A DNA stretch of 64,000 bases from the NCBI GenBank assembly GCA_963674705.1, contig OY771506.1, forward strand, positions 320,001-384,000, in the 5' to 3' direction. The position numbers were made by a program, and so were the translations under genes. The notes beneath the pieces were generated by a model. It did not search any database. It was not told the origin of the DNA and was given only the letters and a program-made list of their open reading frames with translations. Source of the stretch: Phycisphaeraceae bacterium (GTDB taxonomy: Bacteria; Planctomycetota; Phycisphaerae; Phycisphaerales; Phycisphaeraceae). This document shows, in pieces, positions 39,894 through 48,920 of the stretch. The stretch's first letter is position 1. Every line of letters starts with the position of its first letter.

Positions 39894-40589
39894 CTAACGA
39901 TTCTTCCCCCTCACCTCTTCCTCCTCCTTCACCGGCTCATTGAACCGGCAAAGATAAATCCGCTCCGGCACGACCTTGCCGCCGTGCCCATCAAAGTATT
40001 CCGTGTTGTCGCCGATGCCGTCCGTCGAGCCTTGGCTCGAGCGGTACTTTAAACCGATGCGGTTGCCATCATCATCCGTGATCCAGCTCAGGAAGATAAT
40101 GCTGTGCCCGCCCTTGGTGCGCCAGAAGTTGCCGAAGTCGCCCGGGCGTGCTTCATCGTGCGTCACAGCATGGCCGACGCCGAGGTGCTCCATCGCCATC
40201 GTGCACTGCGTCTCGGCGCTCTCTTTGCTCGAGCCGTACCACTCGCGTTGGAAGTTCTTCACCTGCTCATACGTCTTGCCTTCAAACAGCCCGCGATGCT
40301 CTGCAAGACGGAACGCGACCTGGAACGTGAACCCGCAGCAGTACGTGCCTTCAGGCTGCTTCTTGAGGATCGTTTTGCCATCGAATTCAAGCGTTTCGTT
40401 GACGCCGGTCGAGTCTTTCCAGATATACCCGCCGCCGTCCGCGTAGGCGTATGCGACCTTCAGCGCATCGTTGGCGTACTTGCTCTCACTTGATTCGCTT
40501 TCCTCCGCACGCACAATCGACGACTGCAAACCAACCGCCAATAAAACCATGGCCAACAAAACACGCGTGAACAAAATATTGCTTCTCAT
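39894..40589 (-). CDS. Exported protein, possible NlpC/P60-like Cys/His hydrolase
   Basis: Signal peptide; GGYIW...TYCCGF...PGDF...GHSIIF arrangement. Confidence 0.6.
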   Translation of the reverse strand: MRSNILFTRVLLAMVLLAVGLQSSIVRAEESESSESKYANDALKVAYAYADGGGYIWKDSTGVNETLEFDGKTILKKQPEGTYCCGFTFQVAFRLAEHRGLFEGKTYEQVKNFQREWYGSSKESAETQCTMAMEHLGVGHAVTHDEARPGDFGNFWRTKGGHSIIFLSWITDDDGNRIGLKYRSSQGSTDGIGDNTEYFDGHGGKVVPERIYLCRFNEPVKEEEEVRGKNR

Positions 40590-40895
40590 CTGTCTATCCC
40601 TTCTTCCCGGTTAATCACGCTGACAATCAGGCAAACCATCTACTCCCAAAACTTCACGGACCTCCGCCACATCCTCCACATCTATCATCACGCCGTCAAT
40701 GATATACCCGCGGATTCCCACCGCCTCGCCCGCCCGATCCAGCCCCGCCGGCACAACCTCCTCCACCTCGTGAAAACAACGGTCCGTATGCCGACGGATC
40801 GCGATACGGGGATGGGCCATCTTTTCCTGGCGCTGGCTTTCATCACACATCGTGCTTATTGTAGCTGACAAAGATACCAAGGATGGAGCCCGCGT

Positions 40896-41180
40896 ATGGC
40901 TGAAATCGAGATCGGCCCGGAGGTCGAAGGCAAAAAACACTGGTCCTACGAAGTCAGCGTCTTCGATGCCGGCAAACGCCACACCTACGCCGTCACCCTC
41001 AGCTTCCAGGATTACGACCACTGGAGCAAAGGCGCGATCCCCCCGTCCAAGGTCGTCGAAAAAGCCTTCAAGTTCCTGCTCGAACGCGAACCCGCCGCCG
41101 CCATCATGAGCAAGTTCGACTGCTCCGTCATCCGCCGCTACTTCCCAGAAGTCGATACCGTGTTGCCGAAAATGAGTTGA
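40896..41180 (+). CDS. Small conserved-looking hypothetical protein
   Basis: GGAG RBS, host-like codon use, AFKFLLEREP...FDCSVIRRYFPE. Confidence 0.8.
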   Translation: MAEIEIGPEVEGKKHWSYEVSVFDAGKRHTYAVTLSFQDYDHWSKGAIPPSKVVEKAFKFLLEREPAAAIMSKFDCSVIRRYFPEVDTVLPKMS

Positions 41181-41217
41181 TAGCTTGTTGCATTTTACTT
41201 GGATGATGTGAGATATT

Positions 41218-41655
41218 ATGGATTATCAAGAATTCTATAAAGTCTTATTTACACCTCTGGTCAAACAATATGGTGAATTAGACAATGAAACATTGACGTC
41301 CATAATCGGCTTTTCCGCAGGCGGCCCCGTCTCATTATCTACAAATAAGAAACAAAATCTATTTGTGACCTGCGAACTGGCTACGTATCCCGAACAACAA
41401 CTAAGCTCTGAAGGCATCAGGTATGAGTTGTATTCTGTCGGCCAATTCCCTGCTGAATGGTGCAGTGTTGTCTTTACAGCTATAGGGAACTTATCTTTAA
41501 ATAAGCAGCTCGGTGATCGGCATACCATCGATATATCGGATCTAATGAGCGGGTCTGATACGATCGATGCCGTTCAGTTGCGATTATTCAGCCAGACAAG
41601 CATCAATAACCAGCCTTATGGCCTTTATGAAGTATCCCCACATAAGCCAGTCTGA
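41218..41655 (+). CDS. Low-GC hypothetical protein, SuFu-like
   Basis: IIGFSAGGPV, FVTCEL, RYEL, GDRHTID resemble suppressor-of-fused-type domains; AT-rich. Confidence 0.6.
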   Translation: MDYQEFYKVLFTPLVKQYGELDNETLTSIIGFSAGGPVSLSTNKKQNLFVTCELATYPEQQLSSEGIRYELYSVGQFPAEWCSVVFTAIGNLSLNKQLGDRHTIDISDLMSGSDTIDAVQLRLFSQTSINNQPYGLYEVSPHKPV

Positions 41656-41680
41656 TATGGGTAATAAATCGGAGCCTATT

Positions 41681-42451
41681 ATGCCCCCACGTCCTTACGT
41701 CCTAATGGAAGCCAACTACAAGCAGCTTCTCGAAGATAAACCCAACGTCGCCGTCCTGCCTTGGGGCGCAACCGAAGCGCACAACTATCACATGCCGCAC
41801 GGCACGGATGTCTACGAAGCGCAGCTCCTCGCCGAACTGGCCGCGGGTGAAGCTGTCAAACAAGGCGCAAAGCCCATCGTCCTCCCCGTCGTCCCCTATG
41901 GCAACGACGGCCAACAACTCGACCAGGTCGCCACCATCAGCATCACCACCACCACCGCGCTCGCCATCCTCACCGATGTCGTCCACTCGCTTCAAAAACA
42001 AGCCATCGACAAACTCGTCATCCTCAACGCGCACGGCGGCAACGAATTCAAACCCTTAGTCAGAGACCTGCAAGCCAAAACCGGCATGCTCATCGTCGTC
42101 GTCAACTTCTGGCAACTCGCGTTGGACGTTCAAAACAAAGTCCTCGACGATCCCGGCGACCACGCCGGCGAACTCGAAACCGCCATGCTCCTGCACCTCA
42201 CGCCCGACCTCGTCAAACTCGACCAGGCCGGCCCGGGAAGCATGAACGAATTCAAACTAAAAACCCTCCGCCAACCCGGCGTCTGGACCCCCCGCCCCTG
42301 GTCCGCCACCCACCCCGACACCGGCGCAGGCGACCCCCGCAAAGCCACCGCCGAAAAAGGCAAAAAATGCATCGAAGCCATCACCGCAAAAATCGCGGAG
42401 CTGTTGGTGGAAGTGTCGAATGCGGAAAAGGGGCAGTTGCCTTACGTTTGA
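41681..42451 (+). CDS. Creatininase family amidohydrolase
   Basis: LPWGATEAHNYHMPHGTD, LNAHGGN, DHAGELETA, GDPRKATAEKG. Confidence 0.93.
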   Translation: MPPRPYVLMEANYKQLLEDKPNVAVLPWGATEAHNYHMPHGTDVYEAQLLAELAAGEAVKQGAKPIVLPVVPYGNDGQQLDQVATISITTTTALAILTDVVHSLQKQAIDKLVILNAHGGNEFKPLVRDLQAKTGMLIVVVNFWQLALDVQNKVLDDPGDHAGELETAMLLHLTPDLVKLDQAGPGSMNEFKLKTLRQPGVWTPRPWSATHPDTGAGDPRKATAEKGKKCIEAITAKIAELLVEVSNAEKGQLPYV

Positions 42452-42466
42452 AAACAAAGAAGAAGA

Positions 42467-42543
42467 TTCACCGCAGAGATCGCGGAGGACGCAGAGTAGG
42501 ATAAGAAGTGTGGAACAATGATAAACGCTGATGAACGCTGATA
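42467..42543. repeat. Left arm of a palindromic element (CACCGCAGAG type)
   Basis: TTCACCGCAGAGATCGCGGAGGACGCAGAG followed by GATAAACGCTGATGAACGCTGAT. Confidence 0.8.
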
Positions 42544-42594
42544 GTCACGATTTGATCCCGTAGGAGCGGGCCTATCCGGGCGCAAACACTGAAT

Positions 42595-43101
42595 ATGCCT
42601 TCAACACCTGTCCCCGAAGTCAGAGATCATGATCTTCCGGTTGTCGAATCGACATTCTGGAGAACCTCCTATTGGCTTGTGTTGATTCACTCAACATGCA
42701 TTTGGATTAGTTGTTTCGTATGCGTATTTCCGTTGCTAGGTGCGAAAACAGATCCTGATGACAGCACAACACTTCTTGTTCTTTTCGCGGTTATATTTTT
42801 TCTTTCCATCACAAGTATCCTGGCCAGCGTCGGGTTTTATAAATGTAGACGAAGCGATCGAAGCAAAGGGTACTTGATAGCCTACATTATCCTCCAGTCA
42901 CTTTATTTTGTCAGTAGCTTGACTTGCGTGTCATATGTTTTCTACGTGATCTTGGCTTTGGCTGCTGGTTATCAAAACCAATCAACAGTTGGGTTAGCAG
43001 TCGTGATTATCTTGGCTCTTGTCGGCTCCTGTCTGCCTTTGTGGCTCGTGATAGGCAGAGGCGTATGGATACTTTTTCATCGGCCCCAGGCAACTGGTTG
43101 A
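42595..43101 (+). CDS. Low-GC 4-TM hypothetical membrane protein (cargo)
   Basis: 168-aa ORF with four hydrophobic segments; visibly AT-richer than its neighbours. Confidence 0.75.
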   Translation: MPSTPVPEVRDHDLPVVESTFWRTSYWLVLIHSTCIWISCFVCVFPLLGAKTDPDDSTTLLVLFAVIFFLSITSILASVGFYKCRRSDRSKGYLIAYIILQSLYFVSSLTCVSYVFYVILALAAGYQNQSTVGLAVVIILALVGSCLPLWLVIGRGVWILFHRPQATG

Positions 43102-43221
43102 TGCCAATGGTAGATTCCTGAATTGCGTCACTTGAGGCTATGACTTGCGAGGCACATACGGCCCAACCTTCCAGGAATGCGGAGCCTCAGTACGTAGGCC
43201 CAGACCCACATCCGCAAAATC

Positions 43222-43310
43222 AAAATATGCGTAATCCCCGTAATCTGCGAATACTTCTATTTGCCTTTCTCAGCGCCCTCCGTGTCCTCTGCGGTGAACC
43301 CGCTTATCCC
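43222..43310. repeat. Right arm of palindromic element (first copy)
   Basis: TGCGTAATCCCCGTAATCTGCG...CTCAGCGCCCTCCGTGTCCTCTGCGGTGAA; inverted to 42467-42496 and direct repeat of 45288-45375. Confidence 0.85.
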
Positions 43311-43400
43311 CCTATCACCAACCAACATCTCATTTTGATTGTAAAATTACTGATATGTCGAGCATGAGACAGTTGCCATAGGTATGAATAGAGGGGGCAC

Positions 43401-44324
43401 ATGTTTTATCCCATCCGGTCGTTCTATCCTGAACTGAAGCCACTACCCTGGAAACTGAGGTGGGCGGTTATCAAGCGCGTCTGCGAAAACCCGATGTCGC
43501 GAAGCCGTGCGCCTAAATTGCTTGTGGGTATTGGCACGGTTGTGGGGCTGGTGAGTATGGTCACCGCCATCTATCTCACGTTGGGCACATTTTCAATGAA
43601 CAACGATGTTGTGGTTGTGATGGCCGCCGTGTTGGCATTGCTGCCGTTTTGTATAGCCGCTTATGTCGTGAAAGTCATCGACGACCGTAAGTCGTTTCTC
43701 ATCTGGCTGGAAAATCACACATACAACCAACGGTCACACTTCTGCCTGAACTGCTGGCAACCTTTGCATGATCTCGATCGCGAAGATTGCCCACACTGTT
43801 CACAGCAGCAATTCACGTTCAACACCGACCGCCAGGGCACCGCTTTACCCTTAGAGGAAGCAACAGAAGAAACACCCGAACTGCAACTACCCGCCATCGA
43901 GTTGCCGGACAAGACTGACCGAGAAGCCATCAGCTACTTCCTGCAAGGCAAAAAACCACCGGAAGCAGAATTCTGGTACGCCATGACCGAACCGTTGGCG
44001 TATGCCGTCATCTTCGGCCTGCCGATCTCCATCGGCGTCGTCATCTACAGCCCCACATACCGGTGGTATGCCATGGCTGCAGCGATAGCCATCATCTCTC
44101 TCGCAGGGATAGCGGGGTACCGTATTCAACGAACCACCCGAGCACATTCAAAACGGGCTATCAAAAAGTACTGCCCCGACGGCGTCGCCCCGTGGTGCAT
44201 CTACTGCGACTACGACCTGCGCGGCCGCATCGAATCTTCCTGCCCGGAATGCGGCAAACCCATCTTCGTCTACGACTTCAAATGGCGGCCGTGGAAGTTC
44301 AGACGATCCCGGCCTGAAAAATAA
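43401..44324 (+). CDS. Membrane protein with duplicated TM-hairpin + CxxC..CxxC zinc-ribbon modules
   Basis: CLNC..CPHC and CIYCDYDLRG..CPECG, each after two TMs; GAGGGGG RBS. Confidence 0.8.
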   Translation: MFYPIRSFYPELKPLPWKLRWAVIKRVCENPMSRSRAPKLLVGIGTVVGLVSMVTAIYLTLGTFSMNNDVVVVMAAVLALLPFCIAAYVVKVIDDRKSFLIWLENHTYNQRSHFCLNCWQPLHDLDREDCPHCSQQQFTFNTDRQGTALPLEEATEETPELQLPAIELPDKTDREAISYFLQGKKPPEAEFWYAMTEPLAYAVIFGLPISIGVVIYSPTYRWYAMAAAIAIISLAGIAGYRIQRTTRAHSKRAIKKYCPDGVAPWCIYCDYDLRGRIESSCPECGKPIFVYDFKWRPWKFRRSRPEK

Positions 44325-44335
44325 GGGGGAATGCC

Positions 44336-45250
44336 ATCTACATCATCCGCTCCCACTATCCCGAACTGCAGCATCTTCCGCATGAACTACGGCACGATCT
44401 ACTCAAGCACATCTGTGCCAATCCCGTGCATCAGCCCGTCCTACCGTTGGTCGTTTTTTCCGCCGGATTGATCCCGGTCTTCGTCACACCCTTCGCCGCA
44501 ATCTGGTACTACGGCATCTATCTGGTGTCCCTCACAAATATCCTGCTTATCACCGGCAGCGTCGCGCTATTCTGGGTTGCAGGCATCGTGATCCCCAAAC
44601 TTATCAGCGACCGTAAAAAGTTCTGTAGATGGTTAGACCGACGCACATACCGTGGGTATCCACATCATTGTTTAAGTTGCAGACACCTGTTGAAAGACCC
44701 GATCGCCACATGCTGTGAATCTTGCGGAGCGCAAACGCATCGACTGGACACGGAACGGCAAGGCGTCGCTCCGCCGGCCGAGGACATGGCTCTGCAATCA
44801 CTGATCGATCCGTCGATGACCACGTATCCGAAGGACCGACAACGTAAAGACCTCACCAAGAATCTCCACTTTGCTCAACGGCAACATCTGCTGCTGGAGG
44901 GCTTCGTAGTATCTCTCACGCTGGTCTTAGAGGGATGGTTGCTATGGGCTATCCTCGTATGTGTAATTGGGTACTGGATCTGGCAAAGTTGGGGCACATG
45001 GTGGCTGATGACACTGAAAATCGCAGCGATCGTGGCGTTATATATTCTGGTTGTAGCCTGGATCGCAATGCAACCGCGGCTATTGCTTAAGGCCGTTAAA
45101 AAGTATGGGCCATATGGAGCGTTACCCTGGTGTCTATCCTGTGATACTGATCTGCACGGCAATCTGACTCGCGACAGAGACGGGCGTCTCAAGAAACGAT
45201 GTGCCAAGTGTGGACGGCCAGTGTTTGAATATGAAGTGGATGACAAATAA
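44336..45250 (+). CDS. Tandem paralog of 43401-44324 (start anomalous)
   Basis: The frame extends upstream of the track's GTG as IYIIRSHYPELQHLPHELR, matching FYPIRSFYPELKPLPWKLR; CLSC..CESC and CLSCDTDL..CAKCG. Confidence 0.72.
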   Translation: MYIIRSHYPELQHLPHELRHDLLKHICANPVHQPVLPLVVFSAGLIPVFVTPFAAIWYYGIYLVSLTNILLITGSVALFWVAGIVIPKLISDRKKFCRWLDRRTYRGYPHHCLSCRHLLKDPIATCCESCGAQTHRLDTERQGVAPPAEDMALQSLIDPSMTTYPKDRQRKDLTKNLHFAQRQHLLLEGFVVSLTLVLEGWLLWAILVCVIGYWIWQSWGTWWLMTLKIAAIVALYILVVAWIAMQPRLLLKAVKKYGPYGALPWCLSCDTDLHGNLTRDRDGRLKKRCAKCGRPVFEYEVDDK

Positions 45251-45287
45251 TAAACAGCCCGTAGTCCCGGGCTCGCATTTACTCATC

Positions 45288-45375
45288 AAAATCTGCGTAA
45301 TCCCCGAAATCTGCGGATACTTCTTCTTGTCTTTCTCCGCGCCCTCTGCGTCCTCTGCGGTGAACCCTCTTATCC
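45288..45375. repeat. Right arm of palindromic element (second copy)
   Basis: TGCGTAATCCCCGAAATCTGCG...CTCCGCGCCCTCTGCGTCCTCTGCGGTGAACCCTCTTATCC. Confidence 0.85.
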
Positions 45376-45383
45376 GAACCGCA

Positions 45384-46700
45384 TCACTCCGCCGCAGACT
45401 GCTTCACCTCGCGCGGCATGATTTCGATCTGCGGCGTTGGATCGGCGGGCAGTTCCTTCGCCGAATCCGCGCCGAGTTCTTTGAACTTGCGGGCGCTACT
45501 GACGACACGAGTCTCGAAGCTGCCGACGAAGTCGTTGTAAGACTTGACGGCCCGGCCAAGGTTCTGGCCCAGCTTGTCGACGTGGCCCGTCGCGACGGTG
45601 ATGCGTTCGTGCAGCTCTCGGCCGAGGTCGCTGATCTTGCGGGCGTTCTCCGCCATGCGCGTCTCACGCCAGCCCATCTCGACCACGCGCAGCAGGCTGA
45701 TGAGGATCGCGGGTGTTGCGATGACGACGCCGTTGGCCATCGCGCTTTCAGCAAGGCCCGTTTCGACATCGAGCGCCGCGGTCAGAAACGCTTCGCCCGG
45801 CACGAACAACACCACAAAGTCCGGCGCTTCGGTCAGGCTCTGTGTGTAGCTCTTGCGCGACAGTTCCGTGACGCGCGACTTCAGATCGCCGGCGTGCTTG
45901 TGCAGCAGGTGCTTGCGCTGCGTCGGGTCTTCGGTTTCCATCGCCTGGAAGTAGTTTTCGCCGACCGCCTTGGCGTCGATCACGATGGATCGGCTTGATG
46001 GCAGATGCACAACCATGTCCGGGCGCAGACGGTCTTCGCCTGTCCAGATGGTGACCTGTTCATCAAAGTCGCAGTAGTTACTCATGCCCGCCATCTCGAC
46101 GATACGCCGGAGCGTGATCTCACCCCAGCGCCCGCGCGCGGTGGCGGAACCCTTAAGCGCGGTCGTCAGTGCGGTGGTCTGTTCGCCGAGTCGGCGCTGC
46201 ACATCGATCATGGATGACAGTTGCTGACGCAGCGAACCCTGGTCCTGCTTGCGTTCCTTCTCGATATCGGTGACGGCTTTGGAGTGTTTATCAAGCGCTT
46301 CGCGGATCGGTTTGATCAGCGCCTCAATCGCCTGCTTGCGCTGCTCAAGCTGCGCGGCCGCATCCTTCTGTTCGCCATCCAAGGTCTTCTTGGCTAGCTG
46401 CAAAAACTGCTCGTTCGACTGCTTGAGCACATCGTTGGCCAGGGCTTTGAACTTATCATCCAGCCCCTCGTGTTTGGCGCGCAGCTCGGTGAGTTGGTTT
46501 TCCTTCTCGTGAACCGACTTCTCCAGTTCATCGATCGCATTCATGTAGCCTTCGATCGCGGTTTCACGCTGCTTCAGATCGCCCGCCACACGGTCACGGT
46601 CGGCCCGAAGCGATTTGCGGTCGGCATACAGCCATACGCAATACGCAGCAGAAGCAGCCAGCGCGATCAGGGCGACGATAGAAAGAATCTGCCAGAGCAT
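45384..46700 (-). CDS. rmuC: DNA recombination protein RmuC
   Basis: N-terminal TM + coiled coil; RGRWGEITL, RPDMVVHLP, IDAK, PDFVVLFVPGE. Confidence 0.95.
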   Translation of the reverse strand: MLWQILSIVALIALAASAAYCVWLYADRKSLRADRDRVAGDLKQRETAIEGYMNAIDELEKSVHEKENQLTELRAKHEGLDDKFKALANDVLKQSNEQFLQLAKKTLDGEQKDAAAQLEQRKQAIEALIKPIREALDKHSKAVTDIEKERKQDQGSLRQQLSSMIDVQRRLGEQTTALTTALKGSATARGRWGEITLRRIVEMAGMSNYCDFDEQVTIWTGEDRLRPDMVVHLPSSRSIVIDAKAVGENYFQAMETEDPTQRKHLLHKHAGDLKSRVTELSRKSYTQSLTEAPDFVVLFVPGEAFLTAALDVETGLAESAMANGVVIATPAILISLLRVVEMGWRETRMAENARKISDLGRELHERITVATGHVDKLGQNLGRAVKSYNDFVGSFETRVVSSARKFKELGADSAKELPADPTPQIEIMPREVKQSAAE

Positions 46701-46751
46701 GATTGGATTGTACCCCGGCAGCGGGATGCAAGGAATGGTGATTTAAGGATT

Positions 46752-46835
46752 TGGGGTGTGGGGTGTGGGGTGTGGGGTGTGGGGTGTGGGGTGTGGGGTG
46801 TGGGGTGTGGGGTGTGGGGTGTGGGGTGTGGGGTG
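46752..46835. repeat. Perfect heptamer tandem repeat (TGGGGTG)x12
   Basis: Counted directly from the sequence. Confidence 0.97.
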
Positions 46836-46871
46836 TGGGAATTGTATTGCTAATGGCTAATTGCTAAAGGC

Positions 46872-47916
46872 TAGAGCATCTTCCACGCCACTGTAGCGCC
46901 CTTGTACACAAGTGATTATGCTGTGCCTTCAAGCAAGGAGGCTTTGATGAAGGCATATTCAATGGATCTGCGGAAGCGGGTGTTGGCGGCGTGTGATGCC
47001 GGGCACGGCACGCGTGAGGTGGCCAAGCGGTTCTCGGTCAGCGCCTCGTGGGTGCGTCGGCTCAAGCAACGGCGTCGTGAAGGCGAGGGGATCGCGCCGC
47101 GGCCTCAGGGCGGCGACTACGTCAGCCGGTTCGCCGGCAAAGACCTGCAGCGTGTACATGCGATGCTCAAGCAGAAGCCGGACACGACGCTGGATGCGTT
47201 GCGTGTGCGTTGTGAGCGTGAGCTGGGCATCCGTTGCGGGCTGGGCACGATGTGGCGGACGGTGCGTTGGAAGCTGGGGTGGACGTTTAAAAAAAGTCAT
47301 TACGGCCCAGCGAGCAGGACCGCGCGGATGTGAAGCAGCAGCGTGTGAACTTCCGCATCGCCACACGGTTCATCGAGCCTAAGCAGCTTGTTTTCCTGGA
47401 TGAATCGGGCGCGAGGACGAACATGACCCGCCTGCGGGGCTGGGCCGGACGCGGTTGCCGGCTGGACGCCGCGGCGCCGCACAGCCACTGGCGTACGACG
47501 ACGATGCTCAGCGCGATCGGTTGTGAGGGTGTGATCCAACGGGCGACGCTGGCCTTCGACGGCGCGACGGATGCGGCGCTGTTCCGAGGCTACGTCGAGC
47601 GTTGCCTGGCCCCGGCACTAAAGCAAGGCCAGATCGTCGTGATGGATAACCTGGCGTCGCATAAGGTGCGCGGGGTGCGTGAAGCGATCGAAGCGGCGGG
47701 CTGTGACCTGTGGTACTTACCGCCGTACTCACCGGACTTCAACCCGATCGAGAAGATGTGGAGCAAGGTCAAAGCCCTGCTGCGTGCCGCCGCCGCGCGG
47801 ACCAGCGACAAACTGATTGAGGCGATCGGTCGGGCGTTGCGTGCGGTATCCCTGGACGAGTGCCGCAACTACTTCCGCAGCTGCGGGTATGCTACATGAG
47901 ATTGGAAGACGCTCTA
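46872..47916 (+). mobile_element. IS630-family insertion sequence (~1.04 kb)
   Basis: Ends TAGAGCATCTTCCA / TGGAAGACGCTCTA (13/14 inverted match) with TA at both ends; encloses the transposase. Confidence 0.95.
46947..47899 (+). CDS. IS630 transposase (orfA HTH + orfB DDE joined by a -1 frameshift at the A7 run, 47289-47295)
   Basis: MKAYSMDLRKRV; WTFKK then the -1 frame KKSLRPSEQDRADV; VFLDESG, VVMDNLASHK, LPPYSPDFNPIE. Confidence 0.92.
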
Positions 47917-48112
47917 ATGGCTCCCCTCCCCCCCAACGCCGGTTCTGAGCGCAGCGAAGGGCCGGGCCGCTTTGAGCAGGAGAGGGTAGATCAGAAGAGC
48001 AGGAGAAGAGGATCACGCGAAGGCGAGTAAACTCGCCCGCTAAACGGGGAGTGTGGCAACAGTTCCAAATCATGAACTCCGGTCCGACCAGACCCCAGAC
48101 CCTAAACCCTAA

Positions 48113-48544
48113 TCACACCTTGATATCGATGTGCGTGTACAAGGCATCACCATCTTCGCGCGGGCGGGCGCTGATCGCTTTCTGTTTGATGGCCGGATCG
48201 GCACTGGCGTTTAGCTGCTGCAGCAGCGTCTCGGAGTCGGGCAGACGACTGGCCTGCTCGTAAGCCATGCTGGCGGCCTGCTCCTCGGCCTCAGCGTGCT
48301 TCTCAGCCCGTTGATCGTCCGGGTGCTCCCGGTCAGGCTGCTGATTGTCCACGTGCAGACGTGTCGCGTCCTCGTCGCCATCGTGCTCTTCCAGACCGAG
48401 CAGGCGGATCTCGAACACCTCCGAATCACGCTGAGCCTGGCGGGTCCGGTTGTTCTCCTTACGGTCCTGCTGACGGGCAACCTGCTGAGACTGCAGGCCC
48501 GTCTGGGCGACCGCGGCAGCGATACCGGTTCCTATAGCACTCAC
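48113..48544 (-). CDS. Hypothetical protein
   Basis: GTG start after GGAG; host-like codon use; ends in HIDIKV. Confidence 0.65.
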   Translation of the reverse strand: MSAIGTGIAAAVAQTGLQSQQVARQQDRKENNRTRQAQRDSEVFEIRLLGLEEHDGDEDATRLHVDNQQPDREHPDDQRAEKHAEAEEQAASMAYEQASRLPDSETLLQQLNASADPAIKQKAISARPREDGDALYTHIDIKV

Positions 48545-48689
48545 GATGAAGTCTCCAAGAGGCGTTTGCAGGTTGGAGTCGCCTGTATCCCATTCATCGG
48601 CCATAACGGACGCCGAACTTTAATCAGAATCTATAAAAGCAGATAGATAAGTTGTTTATCTAAATTTACGGGGTTGTAGGAACTGGGGG

Positions 48690-48885
48690 GATTGGGGTGT
48701 GGGGAATTGTATTTATGATTTAAGATTGATGATTTAGGATTTGTGCTGATGGCTAACTGCTAAAGACTAATGGCTTTCTGCCCCTAAAGCCGCGCGATAG
48801 CTGCGCAGCAGCTTTCCGCGGGTCTCTTCCCGGAGTTCGAGAATCTGCAGGATCGTATTTTCTGTTTTTCTGCTTTCCCCCTCCC
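48690..48885. repeat. Composite heptamer/palindrome element (copy 2)
   Basis: TGGGGTG-GAATTGTATT-(ATGATTT)n-(GCTAAnn)n then the same ~46-bp palindromic core as ~39751-39796. Confidence 0.8.
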
Positions 48886-48893
48886 CCGCGCAT

Positions 48894-48920
48894 AAAAAAC
48901 GCCCCTCGAAAGGGGCGCTT
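48894..48920 (-). terminator. Terminator downstream of nusG
   Basis: AAAAAA-CGCCCC-tcgaaa-GGGGCG. Confidence 0.75.

Noticed and set aside
40611..40819. Short minus-strand ORF starting MAHPRIAI, possibly a nucleotidyltransferase remnant
   Set aside because: No catalytic GS..DxD motif; the evidence is too weak
47286..47296. IS630 transposase as a frameshifted pseudogene
   Set aside because: The shift lies at an A7 run at the usual orfA/orfB junction, and both ends and the DDE motifs are intact, consistent with programmed frameshifting
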